A stretch of DNA of 64,000 bases, from the NCBI GenBank assembly GCA_002898535.1, contig BEHN01000005.1, positions 35,439-99,438 of the forward strand, read 5' to 3'. The position numbers and the translations under genes are program-made. The notes below the pieces were generated by a model. It saw nothing but the letters and a program-made list of their open reading frames with translations, ran no database searches and was not told where the DNA came from. Positions 61,666 to 64,000 of the stretch are shown here, piece by piece; the stretch's first letter is position 1; every line of letters begins with the position of its first letter. This DNA is from a bacterium HR11 (GTDB lineage: Bacteria; Acidobacteriota; HRBIN11).

Positions 61666-61800
61666 CCTGTTTTAAAACTCACCGCCGAGGCGCAGAGGAC
61701 GCAGAGGGAGGAATGAGGAATGAAGAATGAGGAATGAGGAGGGTTTTCTTCGATTTTTCCTCTGCCTTCTCGGCGTCTCAGCGGTGGAATGAAGATTTTG
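61666..61800 (+). repeat. D-type repeat, copy D1, carrying a GGAATGA heptamer array (61708-61743)
   Basis: Aligns with the reverse complement of 63296-63403, except that the heptamer array is absent there. The complementary array TCATTCC lies at 62013-62047. Confidence 0.7.
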
Positions 61801-62070
61801 AAATACGCTCTTATGAGCCGAACGGCTCTGGTAGGAGACCGCTTTTAGTACCGGTAGTGATCAATGCGAGACTGACGCCGCCATCCCGGCCGGCTCCTGA
61901 GGATGACGCCGCATGACTGCTGGCGTTGGGATGGAATGGACGCCGCCATGACGGGCGGCGCCGGGGCAGGGGAACGCCGGGATGACGCCCGGCGTTCCGA
62001 GACCATTAACCTTCCCCATTCCCCATTCCTCATTCCTCATTCCTCAATCTCGCATCCCGTACCCACGGAG

Positions 62071-62517
62071 TCACGCTTCGACCCGGCAGGGGAAAGGCAC
62101 GAACTGGCCCGTCTCGTCCAGCCGCCAGGCGGTCCACTCCTCGACGCCCCGGGCCGTGACCCGCAGGACGATGTAGACAAAGTCCGGCCACGCCCGCTGG
62201 CGGTCCGTCTCCGACGGCCGGGCCGGATGGTCGGGATGCGAGTGATAGACGGCTAAGATGCGAAGGCCCCGCTCGTCGGCCGACCGCTCGACCCGTCGGT
62301 ACGTCAAGGGGTCGATCACGTAGCGGTCGTGCCGTCGGGTCGGCTCGACGTTCGGGGTCCGGTAGATCTCGACGACTCGCCCGTCAGGGTAACCGACGAG
62401 GAGACCGCAAGCCTCGTAAGGGTAGTCCTCGGCCGCATGGGCCTCCATCGTCTCGACCAGGGAGCGGGGAATCTGCAGAGTGTCGAAACTCAGGGAACGC
62501 ACCTCCAGGACCGCCAT
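62071..62517 (-). CDS. JAMM/MPN+ metalloprotease (Mov34/Mec+ family)
   Basis: E..ACGLLVG and YHSHPDHPARPSETD (HxHx7Sx2D JAMM motif). 148 aa. Confidence 0.8.
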   Translation of the reverse strand: MAVLEVRSLSFDTLQIPRSLVETMEAHAAEDYPYEACGLLVGYPDGRVVEIYRTPNVEPTRRHDRYVIDPLTYRRVERSADERGLRILAVYHSHPDHPARPSETDRQRAWPDFVYIVLRVTARGVEEWTAWRLDETGQFVPFPCRVEA

Positions 62518-62578
62518 CGGAAACTCCTATGATCCGGTCGTCCGGTATTCGGTGTCCGGCGTTGAGAGGACCGAACGC

Positions 62579-63136
62579 CTACATCGAATGCCCGGCCTTC
62601 CGAAATCGGAAAAAGTCGATGGCCCCCCGGGCCAGCAAGCGGATCGCCTCGTCGGCCGACTGGCGGGCCGTCTCGTAGAGGCGTTCCAGCAGTCGCTCGC
62701 CCAGGTGGGCGTCCAGGACGTGGGTCGCCACGATACAACGGTACCAGGCGGGCGTCGCCGGACCGCCCCAGACGACCCACGGCATGAGGTCGACCAAGAG
62801 CCGGACCCAGGCCTCCGACCGGGCCGTCCAGACTTCCGAAGCCGCCCCGGCCCGCTCGGCCATCCGTTCGAGGACGTGAACGGCCATCTGCAGGGCTTCG
62901 GCCAGGGGGACCTCGTCGGGCTGGAGCCAGACCGGCGTGCCGTCCCACTCGACGAGATAATACGAATCCCACCGGCGCACGCGGCCCATGAAGTCGGCCA
63001 GCCAGTCCATCAGGCCGACCCACACGTCTTCCGGCCGCGCCGCGCCCGTCTCGAGGGCCGTCCGCCAGGCCTCGAGGGCCTGGACGGCGGCTTGAAAGTA
63101 CGGATGATACGCCTGGAAGTCAAGCCGGGGCCGCAT
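62579..63136 (-). CDS. hypothetical alpha-helical protein
   Basis: Start MRPRLDFQAYHPYF at 63136. The upstream 54 codons are repeat read-through. No motif recognised. Confidence 0.45.
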   Translation of the reverse strand: MRPRLDFQAYHPYFQAAVQALEAWRTALETGAARPEDVWVGLMDWLADFMGRVRRWDSYYLVEWDGTPVWLQPDEVPLAEALQMAVHVLERMAERAGAASEVWTARSEAWVRLLVDLMPWVVWGGPATPAWYRCIVATHVLDAHLGERLLERLYETARQSADEAIRLLARGAIDFFRFRKAGHSM

Positions 63137-63295
63137 GCTCGTCCCTGGCCAGCAGGTGGGCAGTTCGGCAAATGGGCAGACGGTGAGTTCGCGGAGCCGT
63201 TCGGTTCGTGAAAACGGTGTCAGGATGGCCTTGCCCATTGCCCGGGAAGCACGATTTTTCAAGCATCCGGCCGATGGGGAAATGAGAGCGTATTT

Positions 63296-63403
63296 CAAAA
63301 ACTCTATTCCACCGCTGAGCCGCCGAGAACGCAGAGGAAAAATCGAAGAAAAAACCCTCGTCCTCTGCGGCCTCTGCGCCTCGGCGGTGAGTTTTGAAAC
63401 AGG
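63296..63403 (-). repeat. D-type repeat, copy D2 (no heptamer array)
   Basis: The reverse complement CCTGTTTCAAAACTCACCGCCGAGGCGCAGAGG...CTCAGCGGTGGAATAGAG matches D1. Confidence 0.7.
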
Positions 63404-63487
63404 CTCGGAGCCCTGGATGGGCCAGGGGCGCCCCCGGGCCTTTTGGGCCCTCGGCCGAATTGCCGAACTCCTGAATTACCTTATGGG

Positions 63488-64000
63488 CTATCGTGGCGGG
63501 GCCTCGGCTTCCAGCACACCCAGAGCCCGGACTTCCGTCCCCCGCATATTTTCGAGGCGGATCCGGATTTCCTGAGACTCGTCACAGCGGACGGCCTGGC
63601 TGTATGTTTTCGTTTCGCCCTCTCCGTCCATCTGAAAGGCCAAGACGTGGTCCCCCCTCGGCAGGGGGAACGTCCCCGAGGCGACCGACCGCTCGACGAC
63701 CTTCAGGACCGTGAATTTTCGAATCCGCCCGTAGAAGCGCTTTTCAAAGACCGCCGTGCCGTCGACCTGAGCCCGGACGTCCATGAATTGGTACTTGTGA
63801 ACGATTGAGAATCGGACTGTACAGGCTTCAGGGGAGACTGCCGGCGTCTCAGGCCGGACGCTCCGTGGGGTCGGCAGGACCGGCGAAGCGGTCGGCCGAC
63901 TCTCCGGATGGACGGCCCCGGGTAGGGTCCGGCTTCCGGGGGGCGCCGGCGCCCGGCGGCTCATCGACCACCACCCGAAGGGGACGGTCAAGAGGATGAG
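63488..64000 (-). CDS. hypothetical protein, C-terminal part (ORF open to the window edge)
   Basis: ...LILLTVPFGWW TM-like segment, a Pro-rich linker and a beta-rich C-terminal domain. No motif recognised. Confidence 0.4.
   Translation of the reverse strand, partial: LILLTVPFGWWSMSRRAPAPPGSRTLPGAVHPESRPTASPVLPTPRSVRPETPAVSPEACTVRFSIVHKYQFMDVRAQVDGTAVFEKRFYGRIRKFTVLKVVERSVASGTFPLPRGDHVLAFQMDGEGETKTYSQAVRCDESQEIRIRLENMRGTEVRALGVLEAEAPPR

Overview
GC-rich bacterial chromosomal segment with strong G/C third-codon bias, Arg/Glu/Val/Leu-rich proteins and diderm markers (KdsC, OmpA, secretin). I can support about 55 protein genes and 2 tRNAs, almost all core or envelope functions. In order: a partial nucleotide-sugar dehydrogenase; rlmN; an SPT-like alpha-oxoamine synthase plus a GNAT-like protein; glmU; DUF192; yceD; hemH; rlmI; pentapeptide-nadK-trmH. 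Next comes a complete SUF operon (Rrf2 regulator-sufC-sufB-sufD-sufU-Rieske-sufS) in which sufB carries two LAGLIDADG inteins. Then tRNA-Glu; a tightly packed mglB-mglA-uppS-cdsA-dxr-rseP-hsp20-comEC string; tRNA-Thr plus ferredoxin; kdsC; lipB; meaB. Then a permease-less PTS relay (EIIA-Man, HPr, EI) translationally coupled to an orphan ABC ATPase; a GGDEF protein; a MacAB-type pump followed by a PilP-like protein and a lipoprotein secretin. Finally a DUF4258/DUF2283 toxin-antitoxin-like pair; OmpA; a Ski2-like helicase with a long N-terminal extension; and a JAMM protease. No Cas, integrase, transposase, restriction or phage genes were recognised, so I cannot point to a clear protein-encoded novel system. 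The most unusual content is non-coding. Nearly every intergenic gap, even inside the suf operon, holds members of a modular MITE/REP-like family. These share termini (CAGAGCCGTTCGG...) but carry different tandem 7-11-mers arranged as inverted hairpin arms, arrays of 34-bp hairpin units, and CTGCCCAY octamer arrays. Paralogous copies differ by symmetric gain or loss of heptamers in both arms. The second notable item is a 0.6-kb TA cassette behind the secretin gene. It sits between 73-nt direct repeats of the gene's 3' end that differ almost only at synonymous positions. All calls come from reading the sequence and ORF translations; no database search or folding program was available.
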